A DNA stretch of 64,000 bases from Diplonema japonicum (Eukaryota > Protista > Euglenozoa: Diplonemea): the NCBI GenBank assembly GCA_964019335.1, contig OZ025709.1, positions 186,001-250,000 of the forward strand, read 5' to 3'. The notes beneath the pieces are model-generated. The model made no database searches and was not told where the DNA came from. It worked only from the letters and a program-made list of their open reading frames with translations. Below, piece by piece: positions 32,311 to 42,829 of the stretch. The position numbers and the translations under genes are program-made. Position 1 is the first letter of the stretch. The number at the start of each line of letters is the position of its first letter.

Positions 32311-35230
32311 TTAAACAACAGGGTTGGTCTGACTGTCCGTCGGTTGGAGGGCCACTTTTTTTTTATTTTTATTTTTTTATTTTTTTTTTTTTTTCTCGTT
32401 CATCCATACCTTCATCTCCTTCCTCTTCAACGGCCTCGGAAATCTCGTAGGGCGCGTTCCTGGCCATTGCAGGCCACCAGTTGTACTTCCCGAAGGGAGC
32501 CATCATGGTCGGGACAAGAACCGTCTTCACCACAAGAACGTCAAAGAGAAGCGCCCAGAACATCGCGAAGGAGATCTGGTTCAAAATGGGAAGCCTGGCG
32601 AACATGTGCCCGATAAAGCTCACCGCCAGAATACACCCGGACACGATGTTCATCCAACCCGTCCCGATCAAGGCCATCTTCGTCGCCTCCTTCGTCGTCA
32701 GCTGGTGGTAGTGGTACCAATCATGCGCAGTGCTGATCAGGAACAACTCGTGGCACATCGACAACCCAATAATCAAGGGAACCGTGATCACAAAAACAAG
32801 GTAATGAACACCACCATCGAAACTAGAAATAGCGTTCAAACCAGTCCAGTCAAGCGCCCCATGGCAATACGTCAACGAGGTGAAGCCAAGCGCGAAGACA
32901 ATCGTCAAAAACGTGGTGAAGACCGCTCTAAGCCCAACCATGACGGACTTGGTACCCAACAATATGACGACGAACCCGATGAGAACGAACACAGGCGACA
33001 TCCACGACCAAGCATCACTGACCCTCTGCACGGCATCCTTCGAGTACACTGGCATGCCTACCATGTAAAGATCAGGTTTGTTAGGGTCGTTTCTGAACTC
33101 GGTCTGAGTAGCCCTGAAGTTCTCGATGACATCTCTGCCCTTAACGCTGAGCGGGTCCACACGGGTGGAAACCGACAACCATGAAGCTGACACATTGAGG
33201 CTTGTCACGAGCGGGAGCACATTACTGCCATACGTGTTAGCAACAGCACCCCTCCACAAGCAGTTGTACTTACCGCCGAGAAGCGGGCTCGGATCAGGAC
33301 CCGGGTTGGGCCCCTGTCCTGTGATAAACAACACGTACCCTCCGAACCAGTTCGTGCAGACAGCCTGCGAGACTTCGTTCAGCGGTTGATCGTTGTAGTT
33401 CCACGCTCCTGTCAACAAGGCTGTTCTTCCGCCCTCTGTTCTGTTCATAGACTGTGTCAGTTCCCCCGACAGGTAGTTCCACGGAGAGTTCTCCGTACCC
33501 GTGGTGCTTAGGACAAACGCGCCATCCTTCGGGACCGCCGCGATCTTCATGGTCGAGACGGCGCCGATGCCGTACTGGGAGAAGAGCCTCTCCGCGGTTT
33601 TTGTGAAGGAGTCCCTCCTCGGGAGGTAGATGGTGAAGGAGTCGTTGGTGTCGGTGCCGTTGTTCAGAACAACGCCGAACGGGATGACGAGGATGATGAT
33701 GATGGCGACGATGATAGCGTTCTGGAAGGTCTTCATCTGCGTCACCGACGCGTACCTGTGCCACAGGGTGTCCTCGAGGTCCTTGTTCAACTGCGGGGCA
33801 ACGGACGCGTGCGCGTCTGTCCCGTACTGAGGGGTCTTTTGCATCCTGGAAGCGAGAGCGACTGTCTGCCTCTCGCTCACTCCGAACACAGCTGTTCTTT
33901 GTGTAGCCTGCTCGAAGTAGTCAGGGAAGCACAACAACACCGCAGGTACAAGCGAAACAGCAGCCAAGAACGCTACAACAACACAGATCAGCATGGCCCA
34001 ACCAAGACCCTCTACCTGGTCAACGTCAACAAGAGCGATAACGAACGAGCACAGTGCAAGGGTCAGCTGCGACAGGGTGATGGTGGTCCCTGCGGTGGAC
34101 AGCATACGCTGCACGGCTTCCTTGCAGTCCTCGCCTTCAAGAAGCGCCTCACGGAACCTGTTCAACAGGAACAAACAGTGCCCCACGGGGAGACCCACAA
34201 CAAGCGATATCATAACGGGTGTTACAATGACATTTGTCATAACATTCTCCGCAATTCCTGCAACAATGGCCATGGAGATCAGGGTGGTGGCGAGGATGGC
34301 GAGAATGGGGAGGATCATGAGACGGATGTTCCTGAGAACGATCATGGCGAAGATGAGCGAGAGGGGGATGGCGATACCGTCGGCGAGGAGGAGATCGACA
34401 ACAACAGTGTCCAGGATCTGATCGATACCTCCTTGGATGCTGAAGACGTCAACCTGCATGTTGATGGGCGTGAAGAACAAAGGACGCAGCTCGCCAAGCA
34501 CATCCTTCAAGTAATCGTTGAACTCCTTGTCCCTGTTGTCAAGACCGAGATTGTCGTTCTGGAAGTTGATCATAATAATGGACGAACGACCGCCATACTC
34601 TGCCATGGGCGCCTTCAACGTTGAAGCAGCTGTTTCATCATACTTGGCAATTGCCCAGTAAGCGGAGAAAAGTGTGATACGGTTGCCGCGATCGCCCTTA
34701 AGGCAGTTCGGAGAGAGGAACACCGCGGTCATCTGCGCGGTTTCAGCCGCTGAAACGTTACACCAATCTTGGTACACTCGCTGCCGGAGAGCTTCCGTGA
34801 AATCTTTGGTACCTGCCTCGGTGTGGGTAATACCACCGTATGTGTAGTTGTCCATGTTCAGAGTGTCAAAGGGCACGTTGACTTGAGTGATATCGGCAGC
34901 GTGATTGAGGTCCTCCCACTCCATAGCGATTAGGAAGACTGACATTCCGTTTTCTTGAGGGAAGTGTTTTACGAACTCGGATCTGTCCCCGGAGGAGGTG
35001 CTGTCCTTGGGCGGGTTCCACTTCAGGGTGGTTCTCCCTGGGAGCCTCCACGCCCATCCTGCGCAGATCCCAGTGACGATGAGCCATGTCGCCAGCATCG
35101 CGTATTTCACTGGCGCCATGTCAAGCAGGTTAACATACGAGGATGATACCACACCTGCTCCACCTGTCATAGGCATTCCACTTCTTCGGACACTGGGTGC
35201 CCTTGCCGGGCTGGTTTCTGGGGAAGTCAT
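32311..35230 (-). CDS. MMPL/RND-superfamily multi-pass membrane protein, paralog 2 (954 aa); join(32410..35230,32311..32354)
   Basis: Same motifs as paralog 1; spliced terminal exon VALQPTDSQTNPVV*. Confidence 0.88.
32355..32409 (-). other. Predicted intron, 55 nt (GTATGG...A-rich-AAG)
   Basis: Phase 1; removes MDEREKKKKIKK* read-through. Confidence 0.8.
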
Positions 35231-35330
35231 ATTTTTTTTTTTTTAAAATCCTTGTGATGAGGGAGGGGGGGGGGGGGGGGTTTAAAGGAAGCGAGGGGGG
35301 ATATGACGTGTAGAAAAAAAAAATGAAATC

Positions 35331-35367
<37 letters not shown>

Positions 35368-35624
35368 AAAGAAAGAAAGAAGAAGAAAGAGAAAACGTCA
35401 CAAAAAAAAAAGAGAAGGAAAAAGAGAAAAAAAAAACATATGTAATAACAAAAAAAAAAATAGAAGAAAAAAAAAATACTCTTTATTTAAAAGGAAAAGC
35501 AACACTGTCCACGCTAAAAAAAAAGTGATAAAAAAAATGGCCTAAGATTTCGATTTTCTTTTTTTTTTCCCTCCTCGTCTGGCGCAGGTTTTCGAGGGGT
35601 TTTCATTTTTAAAAATCACAAATA

Positions 35625-35659
<35 letters not shown>

Positions 35660-36501
35660 CCGTCTTGGTAGGTTTAGAATGAAAAATCAAAAAGAAACCC
35701 GAGATTTTAACAGAAATTAAGTTGTCACTTTAGCTGGACGGCGTGCCAAAGAAGGGAAAAAAAGAACGAGAAAGTGCGATGAAGGGAGGATTCTTCTTAA
35801 TTTTTTTTTAAAAAAAAAAAAAAATAAGGGACAACATTTCTTCTTCTTTTTTTTTTTTTTTTTCATCTCAATTTCTTTCTTTGCTGCTTATAAGATGGCG
35901 ACTTGGAAGAGATAGAGAGAAAAAAGAAGAAAAAAAAAAAAGAAGGGCATGATTGAGGAGAAATGTAAGATATGAGCTCGTCCGGAGAAAATGCCCACAT
36001 TCCTTTTTTTTGGGGGGGGGAAGAGAGTTTAGATTTCTTTCTTGCTTTGAATGTTTCAGCAAAAAGAGGAAGATAAACCAAGGGCGGCGGCGGCAGCATT
36101 GCAACCATGTATTTTTGGAGAATAAAAAGAAAAAAAAAAAAAAAAAAAAAAAAAACGAACAGCGTGCATTCCAGCTCATTTTATCACGCGCAAGCCTTAA
36201 TCATCGGCCTGCGCACAAAAAAAAACTGGGTGCGGGATTACTTACTTTTTTTTTTTTCTTTCTTTCTTTTTTTTCTTTCCCCTACAGTACCAAGGCAGCT
36301 CATGTAAACATTTATATTAGGGAGGGAAGGGGTTTCTTTTTTTTTCTTTTCTTTCTTTTTTTTTTTTTCTCGCATGAACAAGAAAAAAAACAATATATCG
36401 AGGTCATAGGTCTTTTTGTATCGATGAATTGTTACTGCTAAAAAGAGCAGTGGTAGCATTGTTGGGCTCATCCTTCTACAGGTTAATCCCGGCTGTGCAC
36501 A

Positions 36502-36542
<41 letters not shown>

Positions 36543-36552
36543 CTTCCTTCTT

Positions 36553-39500
36553 CTACTGCTTCTTACTGAAGTGAGATAGGTAGCAAGGGTTGCAAACACG
36601 AAGCGGGTCGTCCGGGTTCAGCCTTGCAAGTATCGTTTTCTGCGGCGAACATTCAGCACAAACTATGGCGCAACACGACCAACAGGACTTCTTGGGCCGC
36701 AAGATAGAGAATCTTGAAGAGCAAACGTAACAAGACACAGAGTGCGCCTCATCAGGGGGCGCATGCTCCGGGTTCTGCAACATGTCCGCAGCAATAGTCA
36801 TTGTAGCATTTCTCAGAGTGTCATAACACCTGGGGCACACTTTCCCCTTCACACCGGGTGAAAGGTAGTACTCTGTACTGGTGCACTGCCTGCAGTGTAG
36901 AAACCCGCACCCTTTGCAATGCGTTGATTTGTTCAGTTTTGTGAAGCTTTTGCTGCAGTACTGGCAACCCGACGTGCTCTGTTTCGTTGCTAGCTGTGGT
37001 ACCCCTGCTAGCATTCCGTCAAGGGCACCAGCACCAGTTTCACGATGGTGGTCTCTAGCAAGACGGGTGATATCTGCTACCCATCCGTCACGGTCGCCAG
37101 CTTCTGCGCCTCCTTGTAAAGGTTTTGCGACGAAACTCTGTACGGTGTTCATTATTGTAAAGCTGTCCCTGTCTTCGTTGAACGAGGCCTTTGCGTGGAG
37201 CAACGGGTACACCCGTTTGAAGTACAGCTTCCCGAACGCCATCTCCTTGCAGCAGAGAAGGATATCCGAGAAGAGGAAAAACCGAAGCTTTCTCCAATCG
37301 GTCTTCCCCTGTTTCAACAGCAGCCCGGACCGCAACAACTTCCTCCCGGGCTTTGTGATAATAGGTTTGTTGGGCCCGACAAACCGTTCCTGCAAATTGT
37401 GTATCATAAACTCATGCTCGCGATGCTCCGGCTGGTAATCATGGTCAAGGTAGGACCCTGTCCCAAGTGTGACGGTGTCGTCGAAGGAAGTGTTTGTCCC
37501 ATGGGGGGATGACTCCCTGCCTTCTAAAAGGTACGAGGAGACCTTTCTACGGACCATGCTGTCGGTTCTGTTCCATGATCGCTTGAAGGCCATCATGGTG
37601 TCGTCGAGAGTGTCGGTGCCCTGCAGGTCTCCTCCATTGGCCATGGATGTCATCGTGTTGTTGAGAGACTGCCCTATTTGTGTTTCCCCATCTTCCATGA
37701 GACGTGGTGTTGCAAGCGATCCCATCTTCTCCGCTCTTTGTGTTGTCCGGGTCTCGTTGTTATACTGTATTTCCGTGCGTGCCTCGGGGCTGTCGTGCTG
37801 TCTGTTTAAAAGCTGTTCTCTCTCGGCGGCTAGGCCTTCAAAACATATGTTGCAGACCTGAACCATCGCTTTCTCGTCGATATGCGGTAAATAAAACTTA
37901 TGCAGCGAGCATTCCCTGCATATGACACACCCGCAATGATAACAGTGATGCCGTCTTCTTAACAGATTGAACACCTTGTCGCAGACCATGCATGATGTGG
38001 CTGATTTGGTGTCGACCCAGACCGGTGCCAATGGTTGGAGTAGCAACGCAGGGTTTTCCCGGCGGATGGCGTCGGACGCTGCGAGCACCGCTGTCGCCCA
38101 TTCAATTTTTATCTCGGGGGTGGGGGCGGACACGATGAAGCTGACCTTCGGCGATTTAATCATCCACGCGTTCTTAAGATTCGACTGGTCCTCCATGTCC
38201 TGTAGATCAACCTGTTCCACCGCTATGACGCTTTTGCACTTGTGGGACGACGCTAGCGTGTGGATCAGAACATCGTTGAAGAGGTAGAACCGGTGTGGTT
38301 TCTTCGAACCGTCCTTTAGTACCTTTGTCAGAAGACCCGATTTCAGGACTTTTCTCCCGTCTTGGAGTAGTTTGAACTGCGCGACGTCTCCGTCGAAGAT
38401 GATCTGGGCCGCGAGCTCCTTCAGCTTCTCGTAGTTGTGCCGCATTGTTATGGACTGGTCGACCACCTTGGCAAAGCTCTGTACCCTGGCAATGCCTTCC
38501 GCGACTCTTTGCGCCAGCGGGCCGTTGTGTGTGTCTTTGCACGGCAACAGTTTCAACGTTTGCTGGAGTAGCAGGGAGTACCGCATCATTCTCTGGATCG
38601 GTGTGATGAGAAGGTCGGAGAGGTCCAGCCCTAGTGTGTCGCCCGACGCTTGCATTTCGTCGCAAATCTTGTTGAACCAAACCTTCGTTTTTAATTTTTT
38701 ATGTGATGCAAGCGAATCTTCGAAATTGTTGACATATTGAGTATAAGCCGATCGCATGATGGGGACAACGAGTTGAAGGAGCTCTCCGATGTCTGACGAG
38801 TCTTCCAGAATTGAAAGTCCCAAGGGTTTGCAGAATTGATCTTTCGATAGCCCGCGGACCTTCTGCCCATTGGTTATGATCCTGAAGATGGAGCTGGCTT
38901 CCTCCTCAATGAAGTTCAAAGATATCGCAAACACCGTGAACTCGTCTTGGTCGATGAGACCGTTACGGTCGTTGTCTATGGTGTCGAAGACAGCTCGGGC
39001 CTCGCCGCGCCTCATCACCGCCTTACACCATCGGGTGAACAGCATATCGGCGGTGATATTGATCAGTTCCACGATATTTATGAATCCGTCTGAGTCGGAA
39101 TCGACTTGTTGGAAAAGCCTTGCGGTGGCTTCTTTTGAAAAAAGAATTACTTTTCTTGAGAACGCCCAGAACTCCGACTTTGAGACCTGCGAGTCATTGT
39201 TCGTGTCGAGAACCTGGAACACCTCCCTCGCACCACCACGGGCTGCAATTTGATCTTTGAAAACCTTCATTAAAAGCTGCAGCTCATCAACAGATCGTCG
39301 CTTTGCTAATATCTCTGCGAATACGGTTTCGGGTTCCAAGGGGGAGTACGTGCTGTGGCCGTACCAATCAATGATCCAGCCAGCGGCTGCAATACGGTTT
39401 TGGTAGTCGACATGCTTTGTTAAAACGCTTAACACTGTGGTGTGGATTCGAAGCAGCGACGGGACATTTCCGAACAGCACGGCTGTCTCCGTGGCCTTGG

Positions 39501-40734
39501 TGTCGTCGCGGACCGCCAACGGGTGGATCATTGCTTGGTACTGTGAAATGATACCCAGCTGTGTCACGTAAGTCTTTTCAGTTTGAACAAATTCCGCAGT
39601 GGCGAGAGACATTTGCCCGTCCTGCGTGACGGGTTCGTGATGCCGTACCCGCCATCTTCTAAGCAGCTGAACGATTTGATGGAAGTCGGTTTGGTGAGTC
39701 CGTCTGTATTTTCTTGAGAACCACCCGGACTCGACGGCGATCCTGACAATTTTCCAGCACTCCATTCCTGTCAAAACGCGTCTCGAATTCTTCTTGGCCG
39801 CCAGTACCGTTTTGATAAACCGTTTCCGATCGGTGTGAGTTTTGACCACGTGGTACCCCTTGTGCGTCATACCCGTTCGAATGTTCCGAAGGTTCTTTTT
39901 TAAAAACTTCCACCGCCTCCCCGCGGTTGTGAGCGCTTCGTCGCTTGAGTCAGAATCTTCGTTACTACTGTCGGAGAAGTCATCATCGCTGTTCTTTTCA
40001 ACAGGTTTGACCTGGATGTCGGGTACTGGGACGGAAAGAGGAGGCGGTGCGATCGGTTTAGGAATTGGAGCTGAGGAACCCCACACTGGAGTTGATGTGG
40101 TTTCAACACTTGGAACAACGTTTAGATCGGTGAACGACACCCGCCTTTGCCGTGGGGACAGCGATGTTGGAGATTCCGGCATCAACAAAGCGTTCGACGA
40201 ATTATTGTTGATTTTAAACACCGACGTCACGAGCGACAGAACAGAGCTTTCCGGGGCGCGTAAAGGGGTGGGTACAGATGGTCGGGCAGGGGGTGGTTCC
40301 TCTCGTGTGCACCATTGAGGTACATCGATTTCGCCACCAACATCAAGCTCAATAGTGAATATACCTTTACCAGGGTTTCGTTTAAGTATGGTTCCTTCTG
40401 AACCGGGCATTGCTGTGACATTCCCGTCACTTCCTGACACGGAGTGGAGGATGGTGACTCTGCTTCGTCCGACTCTGATACCGTTCCTGTTGCCTCCGGA
40501 TCCTTTTCCTCTGTGCACGCCGACCGTGTGGGTCTTGTCGTGTTTTTCGATGGGAGGGGCGCCGCGGAGGCGGCCTTTGAACGATCGTTTCTCGACCCCG
40601 AAGTGCGGTTCGCCTTCTATCGTTGCCAAGGGGAACATGCTCTTGCTCGGCCGCATGGACTTTGACGCGAGCATCCATGCGGCCTCGTCGACGTGGACGG
40701 GCCGCCCTCCAGCTGAGAAAGAAGTTGTCGCCAT
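36553..40734 (-). CDS. FGD-like RhoGEF: DH (split by EF-hands)-PH-FYVE-PH-FYVE-FYVE
   Basis: EFVQTEKTYV, LFGNV and LLITPIQRMMRYSLLL (DH); DTNNDSQVSKSE, DSDSDGFINIVE, DNDRNGLIDQDE (EF-hands); FYLFNDVL and FFLFSDIL (PH); RRRHHCYHCG and two degenerate FYVE domains. Confidence 0.9.
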   Translation of the reverse strand: MATTSFSAGGRPVHVDEAAWMLASKSMRPSKSMFPLATIEGEPHFGVEKRSFKGRLRGAPPIEKHDKTHTVGVHRGKGSGGNRNGIRVGRSRVTILHSVSGSDGNVTAMPGSEGTILKRNPGKGIFTIELDVGGEIDVPQWCTREEPPPARPSVPTPLRAPESSVLSLVTSVFKINNNSSNALLMPESPTSLSPRQRRVSFTDLNVVPSVETTSTPVWGSSAPIPKPIAPPPLSVPVPDIQVKPVEKNSDDDFSDSSNEDSDSSDEALTTAGRRWKFLKKNLRNIRTGMTHKGYHVVKTHTDRKRFIKTVLAAKKNSRRVLTGMECWKIVRIAVESGWFSRKYRRTHQTDFHQIVQLLRRWRVRHHEPVTQDGQMSLATAEFVQTEKTYVTQLGIISQYQAMIHPLAVRDDTKATETAVLFGNVPSLLRIHTTVLSVLTKHVDYQNRIAAAGWIIDWYGHSTYSPLEPETVFAEILAKRRSVDELQLLMKVFKDQIAARGGAREVFQVLDTNNDSQVSKSEFWAFSRKVILFSKEATARLFQQVDSDSDGFINIVELINITADMLFTRWCKAVMRRGEARAVFDTIDNDRNGLIDQDEFTVFAISLNFIEEEASSIFRIITNGQKVRGLSKDQFCKPLGLSILEDSSDIGELLQLVVPIMRSAYTQYVNNFEDSLASHKKLKTKVWFNKICDEMQASGDTLGLDLSDLLITPIQRMMRYSLLLQQTLKLLPCKDTHNGPLAQRVAEGIARVQSFAKVVDQSITMRHNYEKLKELAAQIIFDGDVAQFKLLQDGRKVLKSGLLTKVLKDGSKKPHRFYLFNDVLIHTLASSHKCKSVIAVEQVDLQDMEDQSNLKNAWMIKSPKVSFIVSAPTPEIKIEWATAVLAASDAIRRENPALLLQPLAPVWVDTKSATSCMVCDKVFNLLRRRHHCYHCGCVICRECSLHKFYLPHIDEKAMVQVCNICFEGLAAEREQLLNRQHDSPEARTEIQYNNETRTTQRAEKMGSLATPRLMEDGETQIGQSLNNTMTSMANGGDLQGTDTLDDTMMAFKRSWNRTDSMVRRKVSSYLLEGRESSPHGTNTSFDDTVTLGTGSYLDHDYQPEHREHEFMIHNLQERFVGPNKPIITKPGRKLLRSGLLLKQGKTDWRKLRFFLFSDILLCCKEMAFGKLYFKRVYPLLHAKASFNEDRDSFTIMNTVQSFVAKPLQGGAEAGDRDGWVADITRLARDHHRETGAGALDGMLAGVPQLATKQSTSGCQYCSKSFTKLNKSTHCKGCGFLHCRQCTSTEYYLSPGVKGKVCPRCYDTLRNATMTIAADMLQNPEHAPPDEAHSVSCYVCSSRFSILRPKKSCWSCCAIVCAECSPQKTILARLNPDDPLRVCNPCYLSHFSKKQ

Positions 40735-40778
40735 TTGTTTTTTCATTCACATTTTTTTTTTTTTTTCTTGTTTGTTTT

Positions 40779-40809
<31 letters not shown>

Positions 40810-40810
40810 A

Positions 40811-41276
40811 CCATCTACCAACGGACCATTTTTGCCCACCAGGGGGGTAAATTTTCAAAACTTCAAAAAAAAACTATTTTAGCGCAACGCCGGCTATATG
40901 CCCCGGAAATGCCTCCAGATGTCCCAATTCTAGAGAGAGGGTGCCCACAGCAGGGCCCACCCCCACAACATTGTCAAAAATATCGTTCCTGATATAGGGA
41001 TGAGCAATCAGTGCTACCATCACTCATAATGTCCTCTTTTGGCCTCTTTCTGGGTGCCCTTTTTTGAAGTGATTTTTAAGGGTAAATTTGGGCTGGTGTT
41101 TTTTTTTTATTTATTCATTTTCTTGCAAAGTTAGGGCAGCATTTAGTTTATATTTTTCATATTTTCCGCGCAGTACCCCGGATGCGGGAAGTGGCCAAAC
41201 TGTATTGCATTGAAAGCCCTTTGCGCAAAAGATTTTTTTTCAAGTCGTCTATATATAGACGCTCGTTGGTAGATGG
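40811..41276. mobile_element. piggyBac-type MITE (466 bp)
   Basis: Perfect 13-bp TIR CCATCTACCAACG, TTAA on both sides (40807-40810, 41277-41280), subterminal palindrome CGTCTATATATAGACG, no transposase ORF. Confidence 0.9.
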
Positions 41277-41695
41277 TTAATTCAAGTTTCTGAACAAGAA
41301 AAAAAAATTTCAGTCAGTATGCCGGCAGGAGGGCCGAAATTTTTTTGCCATGACAGAAATGGGCAGGTGTCCGCAGGGCACTTGGTACTTCCTGCGTGGC
41401 CATTGTGCACTGCAGATGGGAAGGTGTGAATTCTGAATACTTTCTGGAAATCATCCGGTGGGTCTTTCTCAGGGAAATCTAAGATTTTCTTATTCTTGTA
41501 GAAATAATAGACTGCGTTTAGCTCCTAGGCTGACGGTCCAAATAAAAAAAAAAAGGAAAAAAAAAAAAAAAGAGAAAAAAAAAAAAAAAAAAGGGAATTG
41601 GTACACTTGTCAAGAAGAAGGAAATGTGATGTCTTACTGAAACAACTAGGAACAAAAACAACAAAAAGAGAAGAAAAAAAAAAAGAGAAAAGGAC

Positions 41696-41772
41696 TTACT
41701 CCTGCTTCCACGACTTGCGGGTCTTCCTGGTGGTCAAACGGTTGAGCCTCAGGGCCTTGGCAACCATAGCCT

Positions 41773-41806
<34 letters not shown>

Positions 41807-42117
41807 CTTGAGAAAAAAAAGCATACCGTCTTCAGGTCCTTGCGGCCCTTGGTCTTCAGACCGCGGGACTTCTTCACGCTCCTGGTGAAGGACTTCTTGC
41901 CCCTGGTCACGACGATGCCGGCGGCGGAAAGCTCCATACCAGTGGCGTTCTTGTGGGCCACACCACTGTACTTGAAGGTGCTCTTGGCGGTGAGGTTCAA
42001 GGGCTCGGCGGAGAGAGCGATCCTGTTGGCACCACGGCCGATCCTCTGCTTCCTCAGGAAGGCGTTGTTACCCTTCACGATCCTCCAGATAAGGTCAGAC
42101 GAAGCCTGGGCCGACAT
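41696..42117 (-). CDS. RPL28: 60S ribosomal protein L28e, copy 1 (121 aa); join(41827..42117,41696..41770)
   Basis: SSDLIWRIVKGNNAFLRK..SAEPLNLTAKSTFKYSG..RKDLK. A 56-nt intron (41771-41826, GTATGC...poly(A)-CAG) restores AMVAKALRL...KQE*. Confidence 0.92.
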
Positions 42118-42244
42118 TTTTTTTTTTTCTCTTTTCTTCTTTTTTTTTCCTTTTTTTTTGTTTCCCCAGGTTCCGATGAACAAGCAAAAAAAAAAAAAAA
42201 AATAAATATGAAGAAAAAAAAATTCTGATCACAAGACGACCTGT

Positions 42245-42657
42245 TTACTCCTGCTTCCACGACTTGCGGGTCTTCCTGGTGGTCAGGCGGTTGAGCCTCA
42301 GGGCCTTGGCAACCATAGCCTGGGGTGTTTGTGACAGTTATGTAAAAAATAATAAATGGTTCATACCGTCTTCAGGTCCTTGCGGCCCTTGGTCTTCAGA
42401 CCGCGGGACTTCTTCACGCTCCTTGTGAAGGACTTCTTGCCCCTGGTCACGACGATGCCGGCGGCGGAGAGCTCCATACCAGTGGCGTTCTTGTGGGCCA
42501 CACCACTGTACTTGAAGGTGCTCTTGGCGGTGAGGTTCAAGGGCTCGGCGGAGAGAGCGATCCTGTTGGCACCACGGCCGATCCTCTGCTTCCTCAGGAA
42601 GGCGTTGTTACCCTTCACGATCCTCCAGATAAGGTCAGACGAAGCCTGGGCCGACAT
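42245..42657 (-). CDS. RPL28: 60S ribosomal protein L28e, copy 2 (121 aa); join(42367..42657,42245..42319)
   Basis: Same protein; 47-nt intron 42320-42366 (GTATGA...CCCCAG) at the identical position. Confidence 0.92.
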
Positions 42658-42829
42658 TTTTGAGTATGTAGAAGTTGGGCAGGTATTCTGTGAAAGGTAT
42701 TCTTTAAAGTGCGGAAAACGAGATGCTGGGATATAGAAAAAAAAAAAGAAAAAAAAAAATAGAGTAAATTGACTATGGGACGCTTTGTATTATTTCTTTC
42801 TTTTTCTTTTTTTTTTTTTTTTTTTTTCT

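Noticed and set aside
41282-41525. About 80-codon open frame on the minus strand between RPL28 and the MITE
   Set aside because: No ATG, no recognisable motif, and a length compatible with chance.
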